Source: Macrostomum lignano (lineage: Eukaryota). Taken from it: a stretch of 60,457 nucleotides of DNA. The stretch covers positions 1 to 60,457 of the forward strand of contig NIVC01001507.1 of assembly GCA_002269645.1 (NCBI GenBank), given 5' to 3'. A program made the position numbers and the translations under genes. A model generated the notes under the pieces. The model was given only the letters and a program-made list of their open reading frames with translations, was not told where the DNA came from and did no database searches. Shown piece by piece: positions 23,978 through 36,994 of the stretch (the first letter of the stretch is position 1; each line of letters starts with the position of its first letter).

Positions 23978-26962
23978 CGCTAACCTGCGTATTCTGTTGT
24001 TGTTATTGTGGTGTTGTTGTGAAATAAAACTCGATTGTAAAAGAAATTCGGTCCTGATCGGTAGAAAGCGATGTGAAATTGAATTATGGAAACCGGACTC
24101 GCAATGCCACGAGTCAGAGTAAAAATATACAAAGAAAACTGAAACTCTGGGTGCCTACTTATTGAGTAGTAGAATGCACATTCAGTGACGGAGATCTTTA
24201 CATCTTATCTTCTCTGTGAATAAAAAATTCTGGACAATTACAGACGCTTTCAAATCGTAGAATTCGGCCTTAACAGGTGCTTCTTCTAAAACCTGAATTG
24301 CACCCTTCCTCTCTTCTTTCTTCTGTCTCCAGTCTTCTCCATCCCGATGGCTCTCTCCTCGCAAATTCTCCCCAACGTGCTCTTCCCAACGCATCTCTAA
24401 GCATTCCTGCGTGGGTTCTACAGCACGACAGTCCCCACGGCGCCCATCTGCCATCTGCACCGGCAGCAGCTGGCCCGTGTGAAACTGACAGACGAGAGCA
24501 CAAGAAGAAGCTAAGAAGAAGAAGAAGAGACGCGCGCGTTCTATTATTCTCGCGCAAATAATGAATTGGCCTGTCAGCCTCCAAACTGCAAACTCCCTGT
24601 AGGAGAGGATGACGGGTTGGGGGTTGCTCCGACAGTTTCCTAGAAAACTACAGACGGGGAGATTCTCTCTCTCTCTCTCTCTCTCTCTCTTTACAATACA
24701 TTGTTCCTTACTCAATGTCTGACAAGCCAGCAGAGGCAGGCAGAAGTACTTCCCCTACACTTGGAGAGCCCGCCGCTCCGACTCCAACTAGTTCGCTCTC
24801 CCAAATCATTTCCAAACTAATCTAACCCTTATGCAAAGTTAATGCTGGAATAAGTAAAAACTTTGCTAAACTCACTTTACTCAGAAATTGCTGCCATTTA
24901 TAATCAACAAGATGCTCGAGCCTCCCTCCCCCTGGGGGAGAGCTGCTCGCCAGAAGAAGAAGAAGAAGCATATTGATTTCTTGGTTTTCGCCTCGTCAAA
25001 AGTCCAACGCTAATCTGCAGTCCTTCTCTCACTCACTCACTCTCTCTTCAAGGCCTTCTTTCCGCCTCCATGCAGAGTCCGCCAGAAGACTTTCTTATAA
25101 GGCCAGATCGCATTTTGCTGTGGTCTGCCCGATCTCCTCTCTCTTGCCTCCAGTTTGCCAGGGGCGCACGAAGCAGTTGGCATACAGCAATATTATTATT
25201 ATTATCACAATGCATTATGCATTATACTAATGTTGCGGAAAAGAGGACGGATTTCCAATGGGATCATTGACGAGACCGATATTGCCCGCAGCTGTGTTTG
25301 CTCGGCCCACTCCACGCCAAGTCCATCTACTCACGGCACACTGGCCCCAGCAGCACTAAACAAACTTTCCCTCCAGCCTCTCAGCCTCATCTATATACTA
25401 TAAAAAACTCGCGACCTGCGCACTATTTTGTACTTACAGCTAGCTATAATACATTTGGCCGTACAGTATGCTGGGAGCTTTTTAATTAAGCATTTGGGAG
25501 GCTGTCAACCAGTGCTGGCAGCAAATGCAGTTCCCACAAACCACCAGCGATGATCCACTTCACCCAAGCACCATACAATTCCAACTACTTTTGCCAACTC
25601 TTTTTCTGTACCAATTCACCAAACTGCCAAAACCACTTCAGGCAGTATAGCGGCAGATAGACCGGCCATTGCCCAGCGAACAATTCAGCTGCAGCTATAA
25701 AAGAACTAATATCTTGATCGGTGAGTAATAGTCCAGATCGGTGCCCGAGATACACCCGGGTTGGGGGGGGGGGCGATCTCTCATTCTGGACCGAACTCTG
25801 CTGCAGCTCCCTGCACGGTCCTCTGCTCGCTTCCGCAGACCACCACACCCCCTCACCCTCTACCCCCCCCCCAATCCTCACTCGCTTCTTGCTTGCTAGA
25901 GAAAATCCTGAGTCCACCTCCCCCCCCCAAGCGGTTCTCAGCCAGAAAGCATCGCCCTCAGCCCATGCAGGCTGCAACCCCCACGCGCATTTCTTTATTT
26001 CTCCTCTTTTCTCCCCCTTTCCCCGGCTGCGTGGCTGCAGCTGGTCACCGCTGCGGAACACCGCCCAGCAACCCCCAGTCCCGGGGACACGCATGCTCCC
26101 CTATCGTACCCCTACCCGCTACCCCCATCGTAGCCGGCATCGCATCCCACCACGATTCCCCAGGAACCGTGCAACCTCCCCCCCACACTTCCCACCTCAG
26201 TTAGCTGAGCCCTTGGCGGCCGGGGAGTTCCCTTAGCTACACAATCTAGTAGGGAAACTGATGCTGCATATCCTGTTAGCAATACAAAGCCTATACAATA
26301 ACCAGTTTTTGCTCAATAATTCTACCAATATTTTTTGGAGCAAAAATGTCTTCACCATCACTTCGCAATAAAACAGTTGCTAGGCGAGGAAAAGTCTATT
26401 ATGCACATAGCTCATAGGTTTGCTTCGTTAGCTCGTATAGATCTCTAGCCTGGACAAGTACACGATGAAACAAACAGAGATACTAGTTAAGCCTTGATCG
26501 CGTTTCCACTCCAGCTCACTTAATATTAGTAGTCCATGCTGCAGTCACAGCAGCAAGTCTTAAATCCTCACGCGCACAAAACCAGCCCCAATCCCCCTGC
26601 TGTCCTATACAAGAGAGCCAAAGGGTGAGTCCTGCAGCTGCCCCCCAGGGGGTGTCAAGGAGAAATAGGCTGAGAGGACCTGGAGAGCATCCAGCACATT
26701 GGGGCAGAGAGGGGAGCGGCCCAGGATCAGCCATGCCACCCGCTGCCTTTGGTGGCAACCCCAACCTCCCTCAGTTTTATATATAGACTTTCAATGGATG
26801 CTGAAAGAAAGCATGAGGTGATAGCCTTCCCCTCACAAGCCCTCTGCGCCTGCGCTATTTCCCGTCGGTGTGCTCAGTCATTGTTCTCAAATTGTTCTCA
26901 ACTGGTCTCCAAGCTTATTCAAGACTTTGATTTTCTAATCAGGCAGGTTTTCCACACTAATT

Positions 26963-29900
26963 ATGGCCAGCTTCATTGCGAAACAGCTGGTTGGCAAGCA
27001 GATGGACAGTGTGAAAGGTGAGAGTCAATCGATTCCAATCAACTTTCTATGTGTGTTGTTGTGTGTGTTGTTGTGTGTGTTGTTGTTGGCTGCGGAGTGC
27101 GGCAAGCTAGAGGGGTATCCAGCCGATCTCCCCCAAGAGCCGCGTCACCAGTTGACCATTGGCGAGGTCCTTCAGTCCAGTAATTCCAATTTGACGTCGA
27201 GCCCCATCAAGGGCCGGGCAGCTGACCAGGTGGTACTGTTCCACCTCCAGGCCGCATCGAGCACAGGTAGCGTGGTCTAATTGTCCGATCCTGCGCTGAT
27301 AGTAGACCGACTTGGGACAGTGGCCAGCACGAACTTGAGCCACCATGGTCTGCTGTAGTCTCGTTCCCGAATGGAAGGTCAAACAGCTGCCTTAGATGTC
27401 TTTCAGGTGTCCGCTGAGTTGCGGCTCATAGCAAACATGCTGCCTAATGTGACACGTCGCTGCACCCAGGGTAACGGGGACAAGATTCTGGTCCAGTTGG
27501 TTGTGTGTGTTGTTGTTGTGTGTTGTTGTGTGTGCTGTTGTGTGTTGTTGTTGGTGTTATTGTGTGTGTTGTTGTGTGTGCTGTTGAGTGTTATTGTGTG
27601 TGTTGTTGTGTGTGCTGTTGAGTGTTTTGTGTACTTTTCCGTGTCGGTCCCTTTTTGTCTGGATTAAGTTGGCAGTTTTGGCTCAATAAAAATCGGAATC
27701 TATTTTGTTTTGCCAAAGCCAAACGGCATAAAATTTAAAGAAGTAGCATCAGTGCAATCTGTGACCTGAGCATCTACCGTCAGTGTCAAATTTCACCTGC
27801 CAAGACTCAACCATAAAGCGGCTGAACTGACCCTGTTCTATAAGGCATGGTTGCAAGGAGGGAATCCAGTGTGGAAGTTTCGGCTTAGGACTCCCACAGT
27901 ACTCAGAGGAGATTAGCAACTGCTAATTAGCTGGGCTGTCAGAGCAGCTCGTCAGGAAAGTCAGTCACTCTGTCAGCTTTCATCACGGGAGAAATTAGCC
28001 AGTCATTTTCTGGAGCAACACAATAGGAATCTCCTGTTTGAGCTGCTGAAGGTCCTCTGACTTTTTTAGGCCCAGTAAGACTCATTAATGAAGGATTTTC
28101 TAGGACCATAACTGCCTGAATTCACGGCTATTGCTGCACCACCGTAACCCCGCCTGCACACCTGTCTGCTAATATCGCAGATATTTTTTCTTAGAAAATG
28201 TTTCTCACTATAACTTACCGGGGGCGCCAGCACCGGGGGCGCCAGCACCGGGGGCGCCAGCACCGGGGGCGCCAGCACCGGGGGCGCCAGCACCGGGGGC
28301 GCCAGCACCGGGGGCGCCAGCACCGGGGGCGCCAGCACCGGGGGCGCCAGCACCGGGGGCGCCAGCACCGGGGGCGCCAGTACCGGGGGCGCCAGCACTC
28401 AAAGTCAGCATTCAAAATCAGTTCACATTTGCTTACTCAGTAATTACGTCAGTTTTAAATCCTCCCCGCATCCACCCTAATTCCCAGCCAATGGGTCCTA
28501 AATCACCAAATAGATTAAGTCTCTCGCAGGCAGAAAAAGCAATTTTCTTTTAGTTGCAACAATAGTACAACCCCGGCGCCCACCGGAACCCAGGCAGTCA
28601 ATTTGTCCCAAATGAGGTTGGCAGAGGATTCCACTGGGGATCAAGAAGTGAGGACGCGAGACAGAGCGGGACGCAGACTACATGTATTTGATTAGGCCTG
28701 AGCCATCCGAATCAAGCACTGTCTGCGCTGCATGCCCTAAATATTGAATTATTGAAACCTCCACCATTCGGCCCGAAATCCGGCCCCATTTTATTCTCTG
28801 CCGCGCCAGAGACCACGAACTGGTATAGCTGAGGCGCCCCCCGCAGCTGCATGCAAATGCCAATCTCACTTCCAACTGCTCAATTCTTATCGCTGATGCG
28901 CTGGGGTTTACTTTATTGGCTGCCCCTTTCTGCGCCAATCTATTTACTGTCACTTTGCTATCCCAGTTGCTTGACTCTCCTCCATGCCAGTCTGTCTATT
29001 CAGCTTCATTACAGGCCCAGTTTCAAGCCGTTGGCATCTTGTTTGCGTCTCATTGCTGCTATCGTCTGCAGTGCTATCACAGAGGACACAAAGTGATGCT
29101 TTTGTCAAATGCCAAGCACTGCTGACATGATGTCCACTTCATTTATGCAAACCTAATTCACTCCTGTACACTTACCTCACTCCTGTACAACCACCCCGAC
29201 TCTTCACACCCACCCCTGCACACTCACCCACCCATGCACACCCACCCCACTCCTGCACACCCACCCCTCTCCTGCACACCCATCCCACTCCTGCACACCC
29301 ACCCCACTCCTGCACACCCACCCACTCCTGCACACCCACCCCACTTCTACACACCCATCCCACCTGCACACCCACCCCACTTAATTTCGTTTAACCCAGT
29401 AAACCCTTGCGCTAACTCCGCTTTTTCACAAACCTGAGCTAAAAATAGCTGCATAAAAACCTCTGCAGGCGCAGTCGGAGGCGGCGAGGCCACCGGCGAG
29501 GACGCCGAGAAGCTCGCCGAGCAGCAGGCGGAGATCGCGGAGGCTCTGGCGGAGGAGAAGCGCAAACGGGACGAGAAGCATAGAAAGATGGAGGCTGAAC
29601 GAGAAGAGATGAGGCAGGGAATCCGGGACAAGGTGAGTAAGCGGGATGGCAGATCGATGCAAATTACTTATGGATTGCTGTTTCGAGTAGGCGCTGGCAA
29701 ATTTCTCTTCTCTTTTAGGACGCTTCCAGTCTGACACTTTCCTAAAAAGCGATCGAAACTGGCAGAAGCCCGGTTTTCTTGGGTGTTTTGCCTCGCCACT
29801 TTCTACGCATAGAGTTCCGATTGCAGTTACCTATTTTTGTACCTGGAGATAGCTCGTACATGTAATTGTAAAACCTCTATCGTGTCTCAGGTCCAGGATA

Positions 29901-31557
29901 TGAATCCAACCGTACCCCATGACTTCGATATTAAGCCTGGATTGACCATGAAAAAAACACAAACCTTTGCATAACCGCCTAATTCTTGAAAAGTTACATG
30001 CGTCGTTGGAGGACCTAACGAATAGCTTAGAGGGCCTCTTCGAAAGACCTTAAAGGTGGTTAAGAGCGCTCTATTTAAAGACCATAACGGTAGTTAAGAG
30101 CGCTCTATTGAAAGACCATAACGGTTGTTAAGAGCGCTCTATTGAAAGACCATAACGGTTGTTAAGAGCGCTCTATTGAAAGACCATAACGGTAGTTAAG
30201 AGCGCTCAGTTGAAAGACCATAACGGTAGTTAAGAGCGCTCTATTGAAAGACAATAACGGTAGTTAAGAGCGCTCTATTGAAAGACAATAACGGTAGTTA
30301 AGAGCGCTCTATTTAAAGACCATAACGGTAGTTAAGAGCGCTCTATTGAAAGACCATAACGGTTGTTAAGAGCGCTCTATTGAAAGACCATAACGGTTGT
30401 TAAGAGCGCTCTATTGAAAGACCATAACGGTAGTTAAGAGCGCTCTATTGAAAGACCATAACGGTAGTTAAGAGCGCTCTATTGAAAGACCATAACGGTA
30501 GTTAAGAGCGCTCAGTTGAAAGACCATAACGGTAGTTAAGAGCGCTCTATTGAAAGACAATAACGGTAGTTAAGAGCGCTCTATTGAAAGACCTTAACGG
30601 TAGTTAAGAGCGCTCAGTTGAAAGACCATAACGGTAGTTAAGAGCGCTCTATTGAAAGACCATAACGGTAGTTAAGAGCGCTCAGTTGAAAGACCATAAC
30701 GGTAGTTAAGAGCGCTCTATTGAAAGACAATAACGGTAGTTAAGAGCGCTCTATTGAAAGACCTTAACGGTAGTTAAGAGCGCTCAGTTGAAAGACCATA
30801 ACGGTTGTTAAGAGCGCTCTATTGAAAGACAATAACGGTAGTTAAGAGCGCTCTATTTAAAGACCATAACGGTAGTTAAGAGCGCTCTATTGAAAGACCA
30901 TAACGGTTGTTAAGAGCGCTCTATTGAAAGACCATAACGGTTGTTAAGAGCGCTCTATTGAAAGACCATAACGGTAGTTAAGAGCGCTCTATTGAAAGAC
31001 AATAACGGTAGTTAAGAGCGCTCTATTGAAAGACCATAACGGTAGTTAATAGCGCTCTATTGAAAGACCATAACTGTAGTTTAAGAGCGCTCTATTGAAA
31101 GACCTTAACGGTAGTTAAGAGCGCTCTATTGAAAGACCTTAACGGTAGTTAAGAGCGCTCTATTGTCAATGGAGCTTAAGGGTAGCTAAGAACACCCAAT
31201 CAAAGGGCTAATGGACCAGTTGGTAATGGCTGCACATAGTCAGCAAAACTTTCTATTGTGTAAATGCGATTTCACCGCATACTATAGCTGCACATGTCGC
31301 TTTCAATGCCCCACCCGATGCAGTACAACATCCAGAAGAAGGAGGACCCGCTCAGCATGATGCCGCCGGACGATCCGGCCGGCCGGCTGGGCAGAAAACG
31401 CAAAACGCCCGAGGAATTGGCGGCCGAGCGTGACCTCGAGGACGAAGAGGACTTCACCTCAGTGCTGCCGGAGGGCATGCGGGACACGGTTAAAAATGTC
31501 ACGGCCGTGCCGCAGAAGATGCTGGCCGATGCCAAAGAGAAATGCGTCATCCAGTAA
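26963..31557 (+). CDS. cplx: Complexin (synaptic SNARE regulator), 150 aa, C-terminal CAAX (CVIQ)
   Basis: Exons 26963-27017, 29469-29632, 31324-31557; GT-AG and phase-consistent (453 nt). N-terminus MASFIAKQLVGKQMDSVKG; central helix EKHRKMEAEREEMRQGIRDKYNIQKK; GRLGRKRKTPEEL. Confidence 0.95.
27086..27500 (-). mobile_element. 5'-truncated LINE 3' fragment with CCHC zinc knuckle, flanked by TG/TTG microsatellite
   Basis: Minus-strand QVRAGHCP...YQRRIG...CARCGLEVEQYHLVSCP (C-x2-C-x7-H-x3-C), stop at 27107. TG/TTG repeats at ~27045-27085 and ~27500-27625. Confidence 0.7.
28217..28397. repeat. Intronic minisatellite, 15 bp unit (ACCGGGGGCGCCAGC) x12
   Basis: Near-perfect tandem copies in complexin intron 1. 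Confidence 0.95.
29170..29380. repeat. Intronic minisatellite, ~19 bp unit (CACCCACCCCACTCCTGCA)
   Basis: Tandem copies upstream of the complexin exon 2 acceptor. Confidence 0.85.
30040..31170. repeat. Intronic minisatellite, 34 bp unit (TAAGAGCGCTCTATTGAAAGACCATAACGGTAGT)
   Basis: About 33 copies in complexin intron 2; contains the 10-bp palindrome AGAGCGCTCT. Confidence 0.95.
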
Positions 31558-31784
31558 AGACTTCCAGAGGTGTGCTCTGCTTAAAAATGTCGGCAAGTAC
31601 TGCAATGTTTGAAAACTAAGGTTTCAATTTGCGCCAAAATTGCACAACGGCATACTCCGCTCTGATTAGAACATGACGAGTCGGGACGGAAGTACTCGTA
31701 GGGTTGCTAAAATTAAATTCGCAAATTTCGCGGATACAAGCAATATTTTATAGGCAAAGTTGAAATACTTTAGTTTGATAAAGT

Positions 31785-32098
31785 ATAATAATAATATTAA
31801 TAAATATAATTGATTACACCTGTCCTGATGGGCAGATGTGCAACCGACAACTCAGCCGCAGCTATTGCGCGGCGCATCTGAAGGCTGCGTACGGCTGTTC
31901 AGTCCAAGGACTGGGGGGTCGCCACACACCCTCAATTACCCCAGCTAATGCTGACACCTATTTTACAGCTGGGTGAACTGAAGCAATGCAGAGTTAAGTG
32001 TCTTGCTCAAGGACACAAATTGTTCTCAGTGGGTCGAGAATCGAACCCCTGACCTTTCAGTCATGAGTCCGACACTCTAACTACTAGGCTGCAACCCC
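31785..32098 (-). mobile_element. tRNA-derived SINE with V/Meta-type conserved core
   Basis: Minus-strand head GGGGTTGCAGCCTAGTAGTTAGAG (A box) ... GGTTCGATTC (B box, 32038-32047), then the core TGTGTCCTTGAGCAAGACACTTAACTC...CCCAGCTGTAAA, and an ATT-rich tail near 31790. Confidence 0.75.
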
Positions 32099-35000
32099 AA
32101 ATTAAGTGTAACATACCCAATATTGCAAACTTGGCGGCTTATTTGAACGGATGTTCCATGGTTTATCAAAGTTATTAGAAAAACCATTACGGATAATCGT
32201 TTGTATAATAAAATATATGCTGCTAATCCAAAGACCCTGTTATTTCTCAGTTTAAGCTCCACCTTTCTGTAATACTTTAAATTCTCTGTTATAAAATATT
32301 TTCAATGCATTATTCTTATTTTCATTTGTGCTTTTTAGTTTTTTTTCTCTAGCAAACATTTAGTCGGCTTTTTGTCAAGTTCCGTCAATGGTTCATCGCA
32401 AGTTCAAATAAAAGTGCATGAATGTACATGTAACCAGAATTTCTGAAATTCTGATGCTCGAAATGGTAGCAGATTTGTGTCGTGCACTTTTTCAGCATCA
32501 TTTTGTTTTTATGAGATAGGCTTCACTTATAACAAAAGCAGAGTTTGTAACAGCAAGCCTAAACCAAATGGTCTACAGTGCATTCTTATCATTGATTTAA
32601 AATATTTATTTTGTTCCTATATTTCTCTGACGTTTCCTTATTATTTCATTAAGTCCGTTAATAGCCACTGTTCCACCCTCTGCTACAACAACAACATAGA
32701 ATGTAGTAAAATAAGCAAGCAGTTATATTTTTATTGCTCCGCTAATTTGTCGAGCAATGAAGTTCATTTCAACTTCTGCTCTGTAGTAGATCTCCATTCT
32801 GCGGTGCACAAATAAAGAAATAATCATTGAGAAAACTTGGTTGAAGTGCATATACTTTCTTGTGAAAAAGAAGCTGTGTGTAATTCAGGGACACCTTTCT
32901 GCGTATTCCGATTGTGACTTCATTTTTAACTCTCAACAAAAGTACAGCATCTACTTCGAAAATTTGGACTTTTAATTGCACTTTTATTGTACGATGTGTA
33001 TACTAGCTGAATATTTTGCCACGGCCGAAGCAATTCAAATTTTAGACGAGCATTACAAAAATTCAAAACGCATGCATGAATAAGGGAATTTTTTTAAATT
33101 TGAAATGAGCAATACAACATTTTGTGTTGTTAAAAGTTATACTATTTGTAGTAGAACTGCAAACAAATATTTCTATTGCTATCGCCTAAAATAATGACCT
33201 CTCTAACAAAATCTCCATGAAAGACATCCATTTCAAAGCTTGATTTCGTCGATGTTAATAATTCCGCCACACTTACTAATAGGCATGGCTACATGGTGCT
33301 GAGTGTGACGTTGTCAGTTTAAGTAGTCCCGCCAAGGGCCGTTTTAGCATACGGTACCAATCTATAATATTGTTGGTTTCATACTCCCACGTCTGCTTAA
33401 AGTAGTGTCCAAAGAATTTTAATCAGCGTGCGTACATTTGTAAAGCCTGCGTACAGTGCGCGATCGATAATTTCTATTTTCTGTTTTTTTCCGGCCGGCC
33501 AATAGAAAAGCCGCGCATTAATTATGTTAAGTTCTCCTCGCGCGCCTACCCCAGCCCGCTCTTTATCAGTTCTGTCTGGCTGGGCGCTCGGGGTTAGACC
33601 CGTTCTCTAGCGTCAAACCCTACCCCGCCCCGCGCTGCTCTGCCCGCCCTTGGGCTCTCACTCCTTGTTTACTTGCCTTTTCTCTCCGCCTCACTCCGCC
33701 ACGGCTCTAGCCACGCCTTCGCCAGCCTCAGCCACGCCACTTTTACTGTCTGTTCGAGCTCTCACTACGAGCACCGCCACCGCACGTTCATTGCCGTCGC
33801 TTCGTCACCGTTGCCTCAAACTCGTCGACCCACTCTCCATTCTACCATCTAACTTATTGTTGTGTAGCCGCCAGTGCATCGTTTACGAATTCAACTAGTA
33901 CCAAGCCCAACTGTCCTCTCACTCATACGTTACAATAAACAAAGTCTGCGGCCATTGCCCGCATCAGTCGCCATTATTGCCAAGTGCTACCGCTTACAAA
34001 TTTGCCTCGGCCGTATTTGTCTTGTCGATTATTTTCGAGGCCGCCACATTATCGTGACACTGAGTATTAACATTTATTTGCTGCATGAATTAAAGTTTAT
34101 GTTATGTACAACAATATCCTGTGACAACTCAATACCCATTTGCAATTCACGCACCGCCTATACTTTACGCCTTAGGCAAACTCTGCCGCAGGGAAAACCC
34201 ACGGAAATACCGTCGGCCGGCCCAAAGCGAGAGTACAATTTGTATGCTCTTGTGTATTTGCATGTACAACTCTGCCGCAGGGATGAAGAAGCATGCAATT
34301 AATGATCACTGGAGAAGTTACTGCTGCCATGGTGTTACCTCTTATTTATACATGGTCTTTTGTAAGGATGCATACGATGTCAATTTGGCAAATGCATGGG
34401 TAGTAATTTTATACATTACGTTACAATACGATGAATATTACATCTATTAGTTTCCTTTACGTACACGCGGTACACCTTGGCAAGTTTCAGAAATATTTCA
34501 TCCACCTCAGATGTTGTCCCCTATAGTTATTGTTGTGGTACAGGCCGGATCACTACCCTGACTATCACTGTGAACGAGCCGAAGATGGCGTCAGTCAACT
34601 AGCCGGACTGACTTCGGACTCTGAGCGGGGGATCGCGTCAGGGGACTTAATCAGCCCGTCCCTATTGCACAGATTAATTCCCGCCAGTCCCCCAAATAAA
34701 AAAGACACGCGACTCACTCTGTTTCTTCGGGTAACAGCGGTGGCAGCAGCAGGGGTGGCTTCTCTCAATGTTCTCTCTTCAGTCTATAGAATAGACAGGT
34801 ATCTAGATTGCAGTATTAGACTTATGGCTGTGACTTTCACAATTCAACCAAGGAAAATGAGATGCCTCCCCTACTGCCGCTCCTACATATATTTAATATT
34901 TGTGCTAGCTGGTTAAGCCCTGGGGTATCGCTACCCAAGGCCCAGCTAGCCAAAATTACGATCGTCTTATCCAACAAGGAAAAAGTTACAAGTCGGGGTC

Positions 35001-35309
35001 GCGATTGGAGGGGAGAGAAAACAAACCGATTGGCTGGACCACCAGCCAATCGCAGGGTGAGCGAGGGGGCGCACTGGGGCCGCAGCCAGCCAAAGCCGGC
35101 TGGCCTAACAGGCAGTGGGGTGGGTGCAACTGGAGGGGGGTTGACGCAGACAGAATGGGGGGAGGTTGGCGCAGGCACGCGTCCGGGGGTGGGAGTGCAG
35201 TGCCGGGCACACTTGACCGAGAGCGAGAGATTGCTCATCGGTGCAAGTGCACCCGGGCACAACATTATGAACGACACATTTTTCTTATAAGAGCCTGCTC
35301 GCACCTCTC

Positions 35310-35870
35310 ATTTTGACAAGTTGCTGACAGAAGAGCAGATGGAGAAGCGGGTGAGGCTGTCCAGAGAGCACCTTCGTCGATTGCATCGAGAAGGTAATGC
35401 GACTTCCTCAGCAGCTAGGATTATTGTGACACGATCGATGAGACTTAGATCTACATGTACATGTGCTAATTGGAATCCTGAGCTGAAGCGCCAGTCAGCA
35501 CAATGTGGCTTCCAAGATACATGTAATCAGTAAGCCCAGAGAAGGTGCAGGGCAAGCAGAAAGTTCAACGCTGCTAGTTCGATCTTCGACGTCCATATGG
35601 CATTCTCGTGGAATGGCTTGTGCCTAGTACCAAAGGTGAACACGGATCAATACAAAATGGATTCTGCAAGAGAAACTATATGTACTGCGACCGCGGTGGT
35701 CGAAAGAATTGCGACCTGGCTTGCTGGAGAGAAGGTCATCTTTCATCACAACAATGCGCCTTTGCACCGTGCCAGAAGAGTGGAAGAGCTCCTGGAGTCC
35801 TAGCGGGACTGGGGAAGTTGGCTCAGCCACTCTACCCTTAGCTAGGGTATTCGCCTGCTGCATGACAATT
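35310..35870 (+). pseudogene. Mariner-type (IS630-Tc1-mariner) transposase remnant
   Basis: Fragments LLTEEQMEKRVRLSREHL, DFLS, DET* (DETW), PELKRQSAQ, VIFHHNNAPLHRA (HDNAP.H) and LAQPLYP (HPPYSP) spread over several frames. Confidence 0.75.
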
Positions 35871-36994
35871 AAACTGGCTCGGTGGACTTCTACGTTTTCA
35901 AGGACGAAGGAGAGTCGGTGGTCAACGTTTTGCCTCGGTGGAACAAATTAATAACAGTGCTTCAACAGCTCTTCGGCATCTGGCCATTGCCTGGCGACCT
36001 TTGCATGCAGCCCTCTAGCTGCCTTATAATTGAGGCGCGCTCGGCCGGGGGTGCGTCCGTGCGTCGCTGGCAGAAGCGTTACCTCGCGGCAAATTTGTAG
36101 AGTATAGTCTAACCATGGCTGACATGAGTTCATTTTACGGTTGCAAAGTTTTGTTGATTGTTGATTTACTAGTTTGTCTTTATAGTTGATCGAATTCGAA
36201 ACTTACTTTTGGAATGAGTCAACGCTATGTGTTAGTTTTGAAGAAATTCAAGTTCACGCGTAATATCTGAAAATATGTTAAACAAAGCGGAGGTTTTGAC
36301 AGAGGTATTTAAAAAAACTGCTTTCTAAAAACATTATTGTATAGCCTTACGAATTATACGACTAGAGTCCATAATAATTTAAGCAAGGTTTTACAAAAAT
36401 GTGATTTAGTTTATAGTTTTTAAACTTACAAGTTTTTGTTGTAAGAAATATATATGTAAATTGATTGAGTTTGGCCTCCTATACCATAAACTTGGGGATT
36501 TTCTACTATAGACATAGTCGTAAAGACAGATAGTCCTAAATATATGCCACGCGTTGAAGACTTTGTTGTTCTACCTATAGTACCTGCTTTATTTGGAATT
36601 TCAAATTATATCTATTCTTAGTTAGGCCTATACTGAATTCTGTTAGTGTTAGGTTCTATCTACTAATCTACATATGTAACATATCTGATATCTGCAATTA
36701 TCTGGAGTGTGGCTGCAATGTAGGCACTGCTAATTGACTACCTTGAAAGAGAATCATATAATATTAATGTTAGTAGGCTATCTTACGTTATGCATAATTT
36801 GCAATTATATGTTGATAATTGTTAAATTTTTTAGATGAACTAACATAATTTTGACAAATAGTAATAGGATAAATAGACAAATGTTCAATAAACACAAAAA
36901 CTACCACTAGTATCTTAGTCTTAGCTTTTGCTATTATATATCATAGACTAGGTATATAGGACCTAACATAATAGCTGCTTATAGTTATTTAGTC

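Noticed and set aside
25585-26236. 169-171 aa ORFs in a GC/pyrimidine-skewed region upstream of complexin
   Set aside because: No recognisable domain, low complexity, overlapping on both strands; possibly a TE remnant or UTR, but unsupported.
28198-28443. Collagen/elastin-like GAPGA or RGRQH repeat peptides
   Set aside because: 15-bp intronic array open in many frames, with no supporting exon structure.
33866-33998. Possible solo LTR (TGTAGC...AATAAA...TTACA)
   Set aside because: No target-site duplication found on the flanks.
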